A DNA stretch of 64,000 nucleotides from Bacillota bacterium (GTDB lineage: Bacteria > Bacillota > Bacilli > Alicyclobacillales > SLC66), in assembly GCA_026627345.1 (NCBI GenBank), contig JAPNUP010000084.1, forward strand, positions 4,325-68,324, given 5' to 3'. Shown piece by piece: positions 29,457 through 39,760 of this stretch (positions within the stretch are counted from its first letter, which is position 1; each line of letters starts with the position of its first letter). Under the pieces are notes generated by a model. That model did no database searches. It saw only the letters and a program-made list of their open reading frames with translations, and was not told the origin of the DNA. Made by a program: the position numbers and the translations under genes.

Positions 29457-29669
29457 GTGAATGAAAGCGCTTCAAATCGTAAGAAGACTAGCAGGGGCTG
29501 GTACTGGCTATTGCTAGTTCCTTTTATCGGAACACTTTGGCCCCCTTTTTTCGCATCGGAAACACCTACCCTAGGTGGTTTCCCGTTTTTTTACTGGTAC
29601 CTATTTCTGTGGGTGATTATCAGCGCGCTACTCACTTTCTTTGTCTATTGGATGACGCGAGACAGGTGA
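29457..29669 (+). CDS. DUF3311-type small membrane protein (symporter accessory subunit)
   Basis: 70 aa with 2 TM helices (WYWLLLVPFIGTLWPPFF...FPFFYWYLFLWVIISALL). GTG 29457 follows GAAAGGAGGA. Sits directly upstream of an SSS transporter, which is the usual pairing. Confidence 0.75.
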   Translation: MNESASNRKKTSRGWYWLLLVPFIGTLWPPFFASETPTLGGFPFFYWYLFLWVIISALLTFFVYWMTRDR

Positions 29670-29701
29670 TAGGGCCGACGACGAAGATCTGATGGGAAAG
29701 G

Positions 29702-31231
29702 ATGTTGCCAACTGTGAATTGGACAGCATTTGTCATCTTCTTACTGCTTTTTCTCATTGTCACCGGCATTGGGTTTTGGGCAGCCAGATGGAAGCGTGCG
29801 GATCTCAACTTATTAGACGAGTGGGGGTTGGCAGGCCGACGATTTGGCACGGTCATCACCTGGTTTTTACTAGGCGGCGATCTGTACACCGCCTATACGT
29901 TTATCGCTGTACCGGCGCTTGTCTTCGGAGCTGGTGCTACCGGATTTTATGCAATGCCGTATACAATTGTCGCCTATCCATTCGTCTTTCTCGCCATGCC
30001 ACGCCTCTGGTCAGTGGCGAAAAAGCACGGCTATGTGACGGCGGCAGACTTCGTCAAAGGCCGATACGGTAGCAGTACCCTCGCATTGATGATCGCCTTG
30101 ACTGGGATTTTAGCGACCATGCCTTATATCGCCCTGCAGTTGGCTGGCATGCAAGCGGTGCTCGGGGCGATGGGACTAGTCGGCGAGTGGCCGTTGATTA
30201 TCGCCTTTGTCGTTTTGGCTGTCTACACGTACACCAGCGGATTGCGTGCGCCTGCGGCGATCGCAGTGGTCAAAGACTTGCTCATCTACATCACAGTCAT
30301 CGCCGCCGTCATCGTCATTCCGGCAAAACTCGGTGGCTGGGGGCATATCTTTCACACGGCAGCGGCGGTGCTACCAACGCGCACGCCCACTCCTGGCGCA
30401 CTGATTTTGCCGCCTAAGGCCTATACCGCATTTTCTACGCTTGCACTTGGATCAGCCTTCGCCCTGTTTTTGTACCCGCATTCCATCACAGGCGTCTTAA
30501 GCTCAGGCAGCCGGACGGTCATCAAGCGAAATGCTGCCTTACTACCAGCATACTCGTTCGTACTGGGTCTGATCGCCTTGCTCGGGTACATGGCAATCGC
30601 TGCGGGTATTCATCCGACAACGCCGACGATGGCCGTTCCGCTACTGTTTTTAAAGGAATTTCCGTCCTGGTTCGCAGGCGTCGCTTTCGCGGCGATCGCC
30701 ATTGGCGCATTAGTGCCGGCGGCCATCATGGCCATCGCCGCTTCAAACCTCTTTACCCGTAATGTGTATAGGCAGTATATCAATCCGACGTGTACGGACA
30801 AACAAGAGTCGCGTATGGCTAAGCTTGTGTCTCTGGTGGTGAAGCTCGGCGCACTGATCTTTATCGTGTTTTTGCCGAATACCTTTATCATCAACTTTCA
30901 GCTTCTCGGCGGCGTATGGATCTTGCAAACATTGCCGGCCGTCGTGTTTGGCTTGTATACCCGTTGGTTTAGCAGCACGGCACTCTTTTGGGGTTGGCTA
31001 GCAGGCATGGGCGTGGGAACGTACATGGCGATTGCACAGTCGTTTAAGTCATCGATCTTTCCTGTGGACCTGTTCGGCGTGACGATACCCGCCTATGCAG
31101 CCGTTTGGGCACTGCTTGTGAACCTGATTGTCACGGTCGTCCTCAACATGATTTTCAAGGCAGCCAGTATGAAAGAGGGCACAGACCTCACGGCGCCAAG
31201 AGATTACGTCAGTCATGGAGAGAGCGCGTAG
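29702..31231 (+). CDS. sodium:solute symporter family (SSF) transporter
   Basis: 509 aa, about 13 TM helices, with SSF-like N-terminal pattern (GRRFGTVITWFLLGGDLYTAYTFIAVPAL). Confidence 0.88.
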   Translation: MLPTVNWTAFVIFLLLFLIVTGIGFWAARWKRADLNLLDEWGLAGRRFGTVITWFLLGGDLYTAYTFIAVPALVFGAGATGFYAMPYTIVAYPFVFLAMPRLWSVAKKHGYVTAADFVKGRYGSSTLALMIALTGILATMPYIALQLAGMQAVLGAMGLVGEWPLIIAFVVLAVYTYTSGLRAPAAIAVVKDLLIYITVIAAVIVIPAKLGGWGHIFHTAAAVLPTRTPTPGALILPPKAYTAFSTLALGSAFALFLYPHSITGVLSSGSRTVIKRNAALLPAYSFVLGLIALLGYMAIAAGIHPTTPTMAVPLLFLKEFPSWFAGVAFAAIAIGALVPAAIMAIAASNLFTRNVYRQYINPTCTDKQESRMAKLVSLVVKLGALIFIVFLPNTFIINFQLLGGVWILQTLPAVVFGLYTRWFSSTALFWGWLAGMGVGTYMAIAQSFKSSIFPVDLFGVTIPAYAAVWALLVNLIVTVVLNMIFKAASMKEGTDLTAPRDYVSHGESA

Positions 31232-31260
31232 GCCGTGCACTTGCTATTGCAATGGATAAG

Positions 31261-31303
31261 CCCACCTTTGAGGCCTTGCGCTTCAAAGGTGGGCTGTATT
31301 TTT
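31261..31303. terminator. bidirectional rho-independent terminator
   Basis: CCCACCUUUGA (31261-31271) pairs with UCAAAGGUGGG (31283-31293), followed by CTGTATTTTTA. Lies between convergent genes. Confidence 0.7.
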
Positions 31304-32318
31304 ATAAGTAGACCTTCTGTTCCCGTTTCGCACTCTCGATGGCCGCAAATACCATCGCGACGCTGTGAAGATTATCTGCGCTATCGGTTTCTGCAGGCCG
31401 ATTCTCGATCAAGGATGCGAACATCTCGTCCAAACATCCGTGATGCCCCGCCTGTCCCTCCCACGTCTTTGACGGCTCGATGCGTTGGACGTCTCTGATA
31501 AAGGAAGGCTCAGAAGCCGGATCCACTACCTCTGCAAACAGTCGGTTCGCTCCATCCCATACGGCTGTCCCTTGACTCCCCGTCACACGCCAGTCGGCTT
31601 CCCACGAGGTGGGCACACCTTGGGCGCTCCAAGACCCCCGATAACAAAATACACTGCCGTCACTCATATCGAACAGGCAAATAGCGGAACTGGATCCTGC
31701 ATACCAGGACCCTGCTGGGTTAAAAGCCTTGCAGTAGACTGCTACCGGGTTTGCGCCCAAAATGAAGCGCGCCTGATCGAACGTATGTATAGCCATATCG
31801 AGTATCAGTGGGTGCTCCATCGCCTCGCGAAAGCCCCCGAAATGCGGGCCGAGAAAAAAGTCTGCGTAAGCCGCTCCAGGCGTCCCGATGACTCCACCTT
31901 GCACGAGGTCGCGAAAGGCCCGAATTTCCGGTTGGTATCGGCGATTTTGCATGACGGCGTAGTGACGACCCGCAACTCTGGCTGCTTCTGCCATCGCTTG
32001 CGCCTGTTCCATCGAAGCGCCCATAGGTTTCTCCCCGAATACATCACAGCCGAGTGACAAAGCCGTTGTGGTGATCGTGACGTGACTTTCAGGGACTGTG
32101 ATATCAAATACCAGATTGGCCTTGGTCGCGACAATCGCTTCTCTCAGATCATCGTATATAGGGACGCTAAGCCCGTACTGAGAAGCGAGTGATTGAGCGG
32201 TGAGTGGATAGAGGTCTACGAGTGCTACGATCTCTGTATCGCTGCGCTTGATGGCATAGTCTACCCAAGTCCGGGCCATCCCACCACAGCCTGCCACTAC
32301 AACACGGAAACGTTTCAA
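31302..32318 (-). CDS. Gfo/Idh/MocA family oxidoreductase
   Basis: 338 aa. N-terminal Rossmann fold MKRFRVVVAGCGGMA...EKP motif (FGEKPMG). TTG start after AGGTGGTGA. Confidence 0.88.
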   Translation of the reverse strand: MKRFRVVVAGCGGMARTWVDYAIKRSDTEIVALVDLYPLTAQSLASQYGLSVPIYDDLREAIVATKANLVFDITVPESHVTITTTALSLGCDVFGEKPMGASMEQAQAMAEAARVAGRHYAVMQNRRYQPEIRAFRDLVQGGVIGTPGAAYADFFLGPHFGGFREAMEHPLILDMAIHTFDQARFILGANPVAVYCKAFNPAGSWYAGSSSAICLFDMSDGSVFCYRGSWSAQGVPTSWEADWRVTGSQGTAVWDGANRLFAEVVDPASEPSFIRDVQRIEPSKTWEGQAGHHGCLDEMFASLIENRPAETDSADNLHSVAMVFAAIESAKREQKVYL

Positions 32319-32461
32319 ATGCAGTCACCACCTGTCGTTAGTCGATCTACACGGTACCCCGCCATTTGTACGTCTAGGACTAGCATACTGCAATTGTGGA
32401 CAAAGAGACAGTGGTGTGTGGCTTAGTAACCGTCATATAATGAAGTGAGGGGGGATGCGAG

Positions 32462-33112
32462 ATGCCGCTTCCCATGGTACATTTAGCCGTCGCTGTGAAG
32501 TTGTACGAGCAGAAGAATCGGCAGATAGATCCCGAATTTTTACTCGGTAGCTTGGCGCCTGACGCGATTCATGCGCGTCCTGGGACTACACGGGCCGATA
32601 AAGACCGCACCCATTTTTTCTTTACTGGCGATCCCGCCGTTTTTGAAAACCAGATTGACACGTTTGTAGCCAAGCAGGTGGTTGCTTGTGACAACCCTGT
32701 GGAGCGTGCTTTTGCAGCTGGTTATGCGACGCATGTGCTAACTGACCGGGTATGGGCGATGACTGTATTCACGCGCTTTCGTCGTGCCGCCGACGCAGTG
32801 ATGGATAAAGAGGCGCGGCGGCTCTTGTACTATCGAGAAACGGAGAAAGTAGACTTTCAACTCTATCGCAACGAACCGTGGCGGGTGCCCGTTTGGGAAG
32901 GCCTTCAGATAGCCGAACCACTTGCTGTGGCAAATCTGTTGACTGCTGAGGAAGTTCGCGCCTGGCAAATGCATACGCTGCGTTGGTTTGAGCAAAACTC
33001 AGAGCCAGTGGAGGAACCGCAGTATATCACGGAAGCGATTGTCAACGATTTTATAGGACGCGCGACTCATGCTGTGATCGAACAGTGGCGGCTTTGGGGG
33101 CTCGCGAACTGA
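32462..33112 (+). CDS. hypothetical protein, possibly zinc-dependent phospholipase C-like metal hydrolase fold
   Basis: 216 aa. Motifs MVHLAVAV...LLGSLAPDAIH...HVLTD. GAGGGGGGA RBS. The domain call is tentative. Confidence 0.4.
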   Translation: MPLPMVHLAVAVKLYEQKNRQIDPEFLLGSLAPDAIHARPGTTRADKDRTHFFFTGDPAVFENQIDTFVAKQVVACDNPVERAFAAGYATHVLTDRVWAMTVFTRFRRAADAVMDKEARRLLYYRETEKVDFQLYRNEPWRVPVWEGLQIAEPLAVANLLTAEEVRAWQMHTLRWFEQNSEPVEEPQYITEAIVNDFIGRATHAVIEQWRLWGLAN

Positions 33113-33190
33113 GTGTCATTGAATTTGCCAAACAGCCGCACTGAGAGACGTTCGCAGTCTCGCAGTGCGTGCGTCGTGGACATACTGGGA

Positions 33191-33472
33191 TCAGCTTTCG
33201 CTGTTCGTCGAGAGATACTCTGCCACTTCGACAAATGCGTCATGCGTTTCGGAGCAAGTCATCAAGAGTTCTTTTACGGCAGGCTTGTTTTCGTCTCCTT
33301 GTGCCGCGGAAATGGCTTTTTCGGTGTGCGCCAAGGCGTTAGCAGCCTGCTGTAGTCCCATATGATTGGGATGGGATTGCAAGGAGGAGACTGCGTGCTG
33401 AGCTTTCCTCAGCGCGTCACCTGCGTCTGCCAGAGGACTTTGGTCCTGCAAACTGGTATCGTGGTTGCGCAT
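33191..33472 (-). CDS. small hydrophilic helical protein, unknown function
   Basis: 93 aa. AAAGGAG RBS 11 nt upstream. No TM segment and no recognised motif. Confidence 0.45.
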   Translation of the reverse strand: MRNHDTSLQDQSPLADAGDALRKAQHAVSSLQSHPNHMGLQQAANALAHTEKAISAAQGDENKPAVKELLMTCSETHDAFVEVAEYLSTNSES

Positions 33473-33595
33473 ACGTGGAATCGCTCCTTTCTCCCTGTTA
33501 CTTTCTCCACAGCAAACCGTTTATACGCATGGCACTTTCCCGGTGGCCGTTTGTATGGTATACCTAAATACATAGAAAAAAAGGGGTTGGCATAG

Positions 33596-33793
33596 ATGCC
33601 GCGTGCAGAGAATCGCAAGAAGATGCCTGGAAAGCCAGGCTCATCAAATCAGAGTGGTCGTAGCGCCTATGGTGGGTCAGGCATCGGGCATACGCCCGGA
33701 TCCCAGCAGGCTGCAGATAAACAGGCGCTGATCGAGAAAATGAAGCGTCTGCAATCAGGTAGCAAAACTAAACCAGAAACCAGTCAGGAGTAA
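33596..33793 (+). CDS. small basic, low-complexity protein, unknown function
   Basis: 65 aa, Gly/Ser/Lys-rich. AAGGGG RBS. Ends 6 nt before the ABC-F gene. Confidence 0.4.
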   Translation: MPRAENRKKMPGKPGSSNQSGRSAYGGSGIGHTPGSQQAADKQALIEKMKRLQSGSKTKPETSQE

Positions 33794-33799
33794 AACCGA

Positions 33800-35401
33800 T
33801 TGATTAAAGTGAAAGATGTTTCTCTGTCTTATGGCAGTCGCATTTTATTTGAGAATGTCAACTTAAGTCTTGATCGCGGCAATCGCTATGGACTCATTGG
33901 CGCCAACGGTGCAGGGAAGTCCACTTTTATGAAGATCCTCACAGGTGAAGTCGAAGCTACCGGTGGGTCTGTCAGTATTCCCTCTGACGTACGCGTGGGT
34001 GTGCTTCGTCAGGACCACTATCGCTACGACGAGTACACCGTCTTGCAGACGGTGTTGATGGGACATGAGGAACTTTGGAAAGTGATGAGTGAAAGGGAGC
34101 GGATGTACAGCAAGCCCGAACTCACAGAAGAAGAAGGCATGCAAGTCGGGGAACTCGAGAATCGGTTTGCCGAACTCGACGGGTATTCCGCAGAATATTT
34201 TGCGGCTGAACTGCTCGAAGGCTTGGGCATTTCTGTGGAAAAGCACAACGACTTCATGGGATCGATGATTGGCGGTTTGAAGCTGAGGGTACTCTTGGCT
34301 CAAGTGCTGTTCGGTCGACCTGATGTGTTGTTGCTCGACGAGCCAACGAACCATCTCGACCTCGACACCATTCGTTGGCTCGAGAATTTCTTGCTCGAGC
34401 ATGAAGGTACGATGGTGATTATCTCTCACGACCGTCACTTTCTCAACGTCGTGTGTACGCATATGCTAGATGTCGACTACAAGCAGATCACGGCCTTTCC
34501 CGGTAACTACGATTATTTTGTCGCGGCCAGCACCTTGTCGCGCGAGCAGTTGCAGGCGGATAACGCACGTAACTTGGAGAAGATTGCTGAACTCAAAGAG
34601 TTTGTCGCGCGGTTTTCTGCGAACAAGAGTAAAGCACGCCAGGCAACCAGTCGAGCGAAGCAGATCGAGAAAATCGAGTTGCATGAGATTCGTCCGTCGT
34701 CACGGGTGTCGCCTTACATGAAGTTTACGATGAAACAGCCGCTCGGCAAGCAGGCTCTGACTCTACGGGGTGTGTCGAAAGCGTATGACGATCTGCAAGT
34801 CTTGAAGGATGTGAATCTCGATATCGCCGGTGGCGAACGAGTGGCTGTGATCGGGCCAAACGGTATGGGTAAGACGACCTTACTGCAGATGATTACCGGT
34901 CATCTAGAACCGGATGAAGGAACGATCGCATGGGGGCAGTCTGCTATCCATACGTATTTTCCGCAAGATCACAGTGGCGTCATCCGTTATGGGACCACTG
35001 TATACGATTGGTTGAAGAGTTTTGATGACGAGGCTGATCAGCAGAGTATTCGCAGTATCCTTGGCCGCATGCTGTTCTCCAAAGACGATGCGCACAAAGC
35101 GACTGATGTGCTGTCCGGTGGAGAAACGGCTCGCCTCCTGTTGTCTCGCATGTTGTTGTTACAAGGCAATGTGCTGGTTCTCGACGAACCCACTAACCAC
35201 CTCGATCTTGAATCGATCGATGCATTGGGTAAGGCGCTGGCGGAGTTCCCGGGCACAGTGATCTTCGTCTCTCACTTCAGACAGCTTGTTTCCGACGTCG
35301 CGACACGGATTATCGAGTTGACGGCTGACGGATTACGCGATTTTGCAGGTACGTATGAAGAGTATCTGGAAAAACGCGACGCGCTGAATTCGGCGTCCTA
35401 A
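33800..35401 (+). CDS. ABC-F family ATPase (translation-factor type, EttA/YdiF-like)
   Basis: 533 aa with two NBDs (GANGAGKST / GPNGMGKTT; LSGGLKLR-like and LSGGETAR signatures), an inter-domain linker and no TMD. TTG start after CAGGAG. Confidence 0.9.
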   Translation: MIKVKDVSLSYGSRILFENVNLSLDRGNRYGLIGANGAGKSTFMKILTGEVEATGGSVSIPSDVRVGVLRQDHYRYDEYTVLQTVLMGHEELWKVMSERERMYSKPELTEEEGMQVGELENRFAELDGYSAEYFAAELLEGLGISVEKHNDFMGSMIGGLKLRVLLAQVLFGRPDVLLLDEPTNHLDLDTIRWLENFLLEHEGTMVIISHDRHFLNVVCTHMLDVDYKQITAFPGNYDYFVAASTLSREQLQADNARNLEKIAELKEFVARFSANKSKARQATSRAKQIEKIELHEIRPSSRVSPYMKFTMKQPLGKQALTLRGVSKAYDDLQVLKDVNLDIAGGERVAVIGPNGMGKTTLLQMITGHLEPDEGTIAWGQSAIHTYFPQDHSGVIRYGTTVYDWLKSFDDEADQQSIRSILGRMLFSKDDAHKATDVLSGGETARLLLSRMLLLQGNVLVLDEPTNHLDLESIDALGKALAEFPGTVIFVSHFRQLVSDVATRIIELTADGLRDFAGTYEEYLEKRDALNSAS

Positions 35402-35424
35402 CATGGGTTAGGTATCCGCGGACT

Positions 35425-35460
35425 GACCAAGAGCAGGTGCATGTGCGCCTGCTCTTGGTC
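35425..35460 (+). terminator. strong hairpin after the ABC-F gene
   Basis: 13-bp stem: GACCAAGAGCAGG (35425-35437) pairs with CCUGCUCUUGGUC (35448-35460). The T tract is weak. Confidence 0.55.
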
Positions 35461-35527
35461 TATAGAGATACAGTGCGGGATTTGGTAAAGTGAAAGTCAA
35501 GTGGATGGCTCATGGGGGGCTGCGATT

Positions 35528-35971
35528 GTGAGTGAATTACCTGCTGACCGGAGTGCGCTCTCTACCGAAGGCACGCTGCTTGAAGTACTTGGGATGTCGT
35601 ATATCGAGCTGACAAAAGAGCGCGTGGTGATGACGATGCCTGTCGATGCGCGCACCAAGCAGCCTGCAGGTCTGCTCCATGGTGGGGCCTCGGTGGCTTT
35701 GGCGGAGACGGCAGCTTCCGTGGGCACCTGGCTTCACATTGATCCGCTGACACAGGCAGCTGTCGGTATCGAGATCAATGCCAATCACGTGCGTAGCGCC
35801 CGCGACGGACACGTGCAGGCAGTCGCCACCGTCTTGCATAAAGGCCGTACAATGATGGTGTGGGATGTGCGGATCACGGACCAGAAGGAGAGACTGCTTT
35901 GCGTAGCTCGCTGCACGGTCGCCATTATTGATCAAGCACCGCCTCGCGAAACGAGCTTGCCAAAAGGCTAA
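35528..35971 (+). CDS. PaaI/hotdog-fold thioesterase
   Basis: About 147 aa. GLLHGGASVALAETAAS motif typical of the PaaI/YuxO family. GTG 35528 lies 8 nt after GGGGGG. Confidence 0.8.
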   Translation: MSELPADRSALSTEGTLLEVLGMSYIELTKERVVMTMPVDARTKQPAGLLHGGASVALAETAASVGTWLHIDPLTQAAVGIEINANHVRSARDGHVQAVATVLHKGRTMMVWDVRITDQKERLLCVARCTVAIIDQAPPRETSLPKG

Positions 35972-36620
35972 TGACGTCTTGGTACGCAGCCTTGCTCCAG
36001 TTGTTAAAAGAAGGGTGCGGCACGCCTTCGATGACTGTCCAGTTCGGGCACGCGATGGCAGTGTGACTCAGATACGCCTGCGCCACGTGGCCGCATGGAA
36101 CGATGACAAGCGATTTGTCGTATAGCAGCAAGAGTCGCTCCTGCAAGCGAGTCACCAGTTGGCTGTGGACGGTCTGCCAGGCTGGGTCCGTGTACGGCGC
36201 CTTTTTACGCGTGGTACGCAGTTTTTCGAGGACAGTGAGAAAAACTGCGTAGCGTCTTGCGACGGCCTCAGGATAGGCGCTTGCCTGCATAGGAATCTCG
36301 CACACGTTCATTAAACCGACCTTGGCGATCGCATCTTGACTCTGGCTTCGATGACGTTTGCGAGGAATATCGTCAAAAGCATTGGCACTCTGCAAAACAA
36401 GCTGTCCCAAAGGTGCGGTCCCTTCGCGGCGACCGAGAAGGTGGTGGCTCATCGACAGTCCTGATGGGCCGCAGACAGGTGCGCCAAAGCGGAGCTCCTG
36501 CCGATGTGGACTCTCTAGCAGAAATAGGATTGTTGTCGTGTGGCCTACATAATCCGGCACGCGGTACTGTCTTGCGAGATCAGTAAAAGCGTCACCGTAA
36601 TCGGTTACATGAAGCGGCAT
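35925..36620 (-). CDS. uracil-DNA glycosylase superfamily protein, divergent (family-4-like motif A without Fe-S cysteines)
   Basis: LLESPHRQELRFGAPVCGPSG aligns residue for residue with family-4 motif A GEAPGxxEDxxGxPFVGxAG. Motif B-like GVPHPSFNNW lies near the C-terminus. ATG 36620 follows AAGGAGAG. Confidence 0.6.
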   Translation of the reverse strand: MPLHVTDYGDAFTDLARQYRVPDYVGHTTTILFLLESPHRQELRFGAPVCGPSGLSMSHHLLGRREGTAPLGQLVLQSANAFDDIPRKRHRSQSQDAIAKVGLMNVCEIPMQASAYPEAVARRYAVFLTVLEKLRTTRKKAPYTDPAWQTVHSQLVTRLQERLLLLYDKSLVIVPCGHVAQAYLSHTAIACPNWTVIEGVPHPSFNNWSKAAYQDVISLLASSFREAVLDQ

Positions 36621-36709
36621 TTTCAGTTCTCTCCTTACTCTACTGACTGGTATCATATCACGTGCGTTCAGAGAAGTTCGAGCGAATATTCACAGGGGGT
36701 TATCAATAT

Positions 36710-38167
36710 ATGGAATTACAAGGGTTTGCAGAATCGGCAAGCGTGGTCGAGCTACAGCGGGCCATGCAAGAAGGAAAATGCACGGCGCTTGAATTGACAG
36801 TGTATTTTCTACAGCGCATCGCCCGCTATAATCACGAAGGACCGGGACTCAATGCGGTGCTTGAAGTCAATCCGGATGCTTTGCAGATTGCCGAGGCACT
36901 CGATGCACAGAGACAAACACGAGGGACGTGTGGTCCTTTGCACGGCATTCCTGTGTTGATCAAGGACAATATCAGTACTGGCGACAAGATGCACACTAGT
37001 GCCGGTTCACTCGCTTTAGCGCAGGCGCATGCCAGACAGGACGCGTTTGTCGTCAGACAACTGCGAAAAGCCGGGTGCGTGATTCTGGGAAAGACCAATT
37101 TAACGGAGTGGGCCAATTTTATGGCCAATGATATGCCAAACGGCTATAGTTCGCGCGGTGGACAAGTCCGTAGCGCGTATCACCCGGGTGTATTAGATGT
37201 AGGCGGGTCGAGTTCTGGCTCCGGGGTGGCCGTCAGTGCATCACTGGCGCCGCTGGCAGTGGGAACAGAAACGTCTGGGTCGATCCTAAGTCCGGCGAGT
37301 TCCAACAGCGTAGTGGGACTAAAACCTACCGTTGGCTTGATTAGTCGGACCGGCATTATTCCGATCTCCCACAGTCAAGACACAGCCGGTCCGATGGCCA
37401 AATCGGTCGCGGATGTCGCGGCATTACTGGGTGCGATGGCCGGGGTAGATGCTGATGACGCGATTACGCAGACGGCAGTCGGTCGAGCGCTTCCTGATTA
37501 TGTGGCATGTCTAGATGCCTCAGGACTGCGTGGTGCGCGCATTGGGATTGTTCGTAAACCTTATTATGAGGGCTTGCCAGATGCTGCAGGTGCGGTCATG
37601 AATCAGGCGATGGCCGACCTACAAGCGGCAGGTGCAGAGCTGATCGACGACCTCACATTTTCATTCACCGAAGACATTCGCGATTATGCAGTCTTGCTGT
37701 ATGAATTCAAGCCTGACCTCAACGATTACCTGCGTAGCTTAGAAGGCGGTCCCGTGCATTCGCTGGCTGACGTGATCGCGTTTAATGAGGAGCATCACGA
37801 ACAAGCGCTGCGATTCGGACAAGCGATCTTGATTGCGGCAGAGGAAAAATCCGGTACCCTGACGGAGGTGGACTATCTTGATGCGCGCGCTCGTGATCTC
37901 GCTTGTTCGAGACAAAACGGGATCGACCAGTTGCTACGCGAGCACCGCCTCGACGCCTTGCTTTTTCCTGCGAATTACGGTGCTGCGATCGCGGCGAAGG
38001 CGGGATATCCATCGATTTGCGTGCCTGGCGGCTACCTAGAAGATGGGAGCCCGTTCGGCGTGACGTTTACCGGCACGGCTTTTAGCGAACCGACGTTGCT
38101 ACGTCTGGCTTATGCCTATGAACAAACGAGCCTGCGACGAGTGGCCCCTGACTTGGTAGTGAAATGA
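36710..38167 (+). CDS. amidase (amidase signature family, GatA-like)
   Basis: GIPVLIKDN, GGSSSGSGVAV and TETSGSI motifs (Ser-cisSer-Lys triad region). Confidence 0.88.
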   Translation: MELQGFAESASVVELQRAMQEGKCTALELTVYFLQRIARYNHEGPGLNAVLEVNPDALQIAEALDAQRQTRGTCGPLHGIPVLIKDNISTGDKMHTSAGSLALAQAHARQDAFVVRQLRKAGCVILGKTNLTEWANFMANDMPNGYSSRGGQVRSAYHPGVLDVGGSSSGSGVAVSASLAPLAVGTETSGSILSPASSNSVVGLKPTVGLISRTGIIPISHSQDTAGPMAKSVADVAALLGAMAGVDADDAITQTAVGRALPDYVACLDASGLRGARIGIVRKPYYEGLPDAAGAVMNQAMADLQAAGAELIDDLTFSFTEDIRDYAVLLYEFKPDLNDYLRSLEGGPVHSLADVIAFNEEHHEQALRFGQAILIAAEEKSGTLTEVDYLDARARDLACSRQNGIDQLLREHRLDALLFPANYGAAIAAKAGYPSICVPGGYLEDGSPFGVTFTGTAFSEPTLLRLAYAYEQTSLRRVAPDLVVK

Positions 38168-38284
38168 ATACACGAAAAAAGAGGGGAATGTCATTTTGTG
38201 TAGAATGATACAGGAATGTGGGGTATCGTTATTGAACCATAGATCTGTAGACTGCTGAGTTCTTTTTATAACCGGAGATGACGT

Positions 38285-39760
38285 ATGCCTCTTGCATTTG
38301 TACAGTCACATGGCGTTTATTGGATTTCAGACTTGGTTTTGTTGGCAGCCGTACTCTGGCTCTTTCCCTCTTGGATGAAGGTGCGCCGAGAGGCTCGCCT
38401 GAGTCTGGCAGCAGTGAGCCGATTGACCTGGCAAGACACGCTGACAGCGTTGCCTAATCGCCAGCAATATATGGAGCGACTCGATCAGGAGATTAGGACG
38501 GCGCGTCATGCGGACTCGAGCGTGGCCCTGTTGTTGCTTGACATCGATCGTTTCAAGCTGTTTAACGATTCCTTGGGTCACGATGTCGGAGATCAGTTGC
38601 TACAAGAGGTGGCACATCGACTGAAAACTTGTGTGCGACCACAGGATCTCGTGGCGCGCATTGGTGGAGACGAGTTTGCCGTGACGCTCACAGGGAGTTC
38701 CGTTGAAGCTTCGCGTAAAGTGGCGATGCGTGTCTTGGAGCTCATGAAACTGCCGGTCGCCCTCGACGGGCAAGAGTTTCGCGTGACAGTGAGCATTGGG
38801 ATCGCGCTATTTCCGCAAGACGGAGAGCATTCGAAGAGCATCATGCGAAGTGCTGACTTGGCGATGTACAAAGCCAAGGAGATGGGGAAAGACCGATTCT
38901 CATTTTATGTTCCAGAGAGCGCTTCGAGTCTGGATGAGCGCCTCTTTATTGAGAACTCTTTGCAGCGCGGCCTTGCGCGCGGTGAATTCCGGGTGTTTTA
39001 TCAGCCGCAGATCGATATTGCCGATGGATCGATTCTCGGCATGGAGGCACTGGTGCGCTGGCAACATCCCGAACGCGGATTGCTTTCTCCAACGCAGTTT
39101 ATTGGGGTCGCCGAGGATACAGGCTTGATCGTGCCCCTCGGTCAATATGTGTTGCGCACGGCTTGTCAGCAAAATGCGGCATGGCAACGGGCAGGGATCG
39201 GACCTTTTCGCGTTGCTGTCAATCTTTCGCTTCTTCAGTTCCGTCAGCACGACCTCGTCGAGATGATCGAATCGATCTTGCAGGAGACCGGTTTAGCGCC
39301 TGAGTCTCTCGAGCTTGAGATTACTGAGAGTATGGCTATGTTGAATCTTCACTACATCATGGAAAAACTACTGGCTTTAAAAGAGCTAGGTGTGCATATC
39401 TCGATAGACGATTTTGGCACAGGATACTCGTCGCTGGGATACTTGAAACGGTTTCCTGTAGATACGCTGAAGATTGACCAGTCATTTGTACGTGATATCA
39501 CGCACGACGTGGATGGCGCGGCCATCGTTACAGCTGTGATTGCCATTGCGCGAAGTCTTGGGATCGATGTGGTTGCAGAGGGTGTGGAGTTGCGGGAGCA
39601 ATTGGACTTTTTGCAGCGTAACGCTTGTTCTAAGGTGCAAGGCTACTTCTTCAGCCCACCTGTGCCTCCGGAAGACTTAACAACTTTACTTCCAGGCTTG
39701 CGCGAGACGGCTGTCGCAGCGATGGGCGCGAGACCATATAGGGAAGGATGGTTAACCTGA
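38285..39760 (+). CDS. membrane-anchored GGDEF-EAL protein (diguanylate cyclase/phosphodiesterase)
   Basis: N-terminal TM segment. RIGGDEFAV (intact GGDEF), EALVRW (EAL), DDFGTGYSS, and the KIDQSF region. Confidence 0.9.
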   Translation: MPLAFVQSHGVYWISDLVLLAAVLWLFPSWMKVRREARLSLAAVSRLTWQDTLTALPNRQQYMERLDQEIRTARHADSSVALLLLDIDRFKLFNDSLGHDVGDQLLQEVAHRLKTCVRPQDLVARIGGDEFAVTLTGSSVEASRKVAMRVLELMKLPVALDGQEFRVTVSIGIALFPQDGEHSKSIMRSADLAMYKAKEMGKDRFSFYVPESASSLDERLFIENSLQRGLARGEFRVFYQPQIDIADGSILGMEALVRWQHPERGLLSPTQFIGVAEDTGLIVPLGQYVLRTACQQNAAWQRAGIGPFRVAVNLSLLQFRQHDLVEMIESILQETGLAPESLELEITESMAMLNLHYIMEKLLALKELGVHISIDDFGTGYSSLGYLKRFPVDTLKIDQSFVRDITHDVDGAAIVTAVIAIARSLGIDVVAEGVELREQLDFLQRNACSKVQGYFFSPPVPPEDLTTLLPGLRETAVAAMGARPYREGWLT

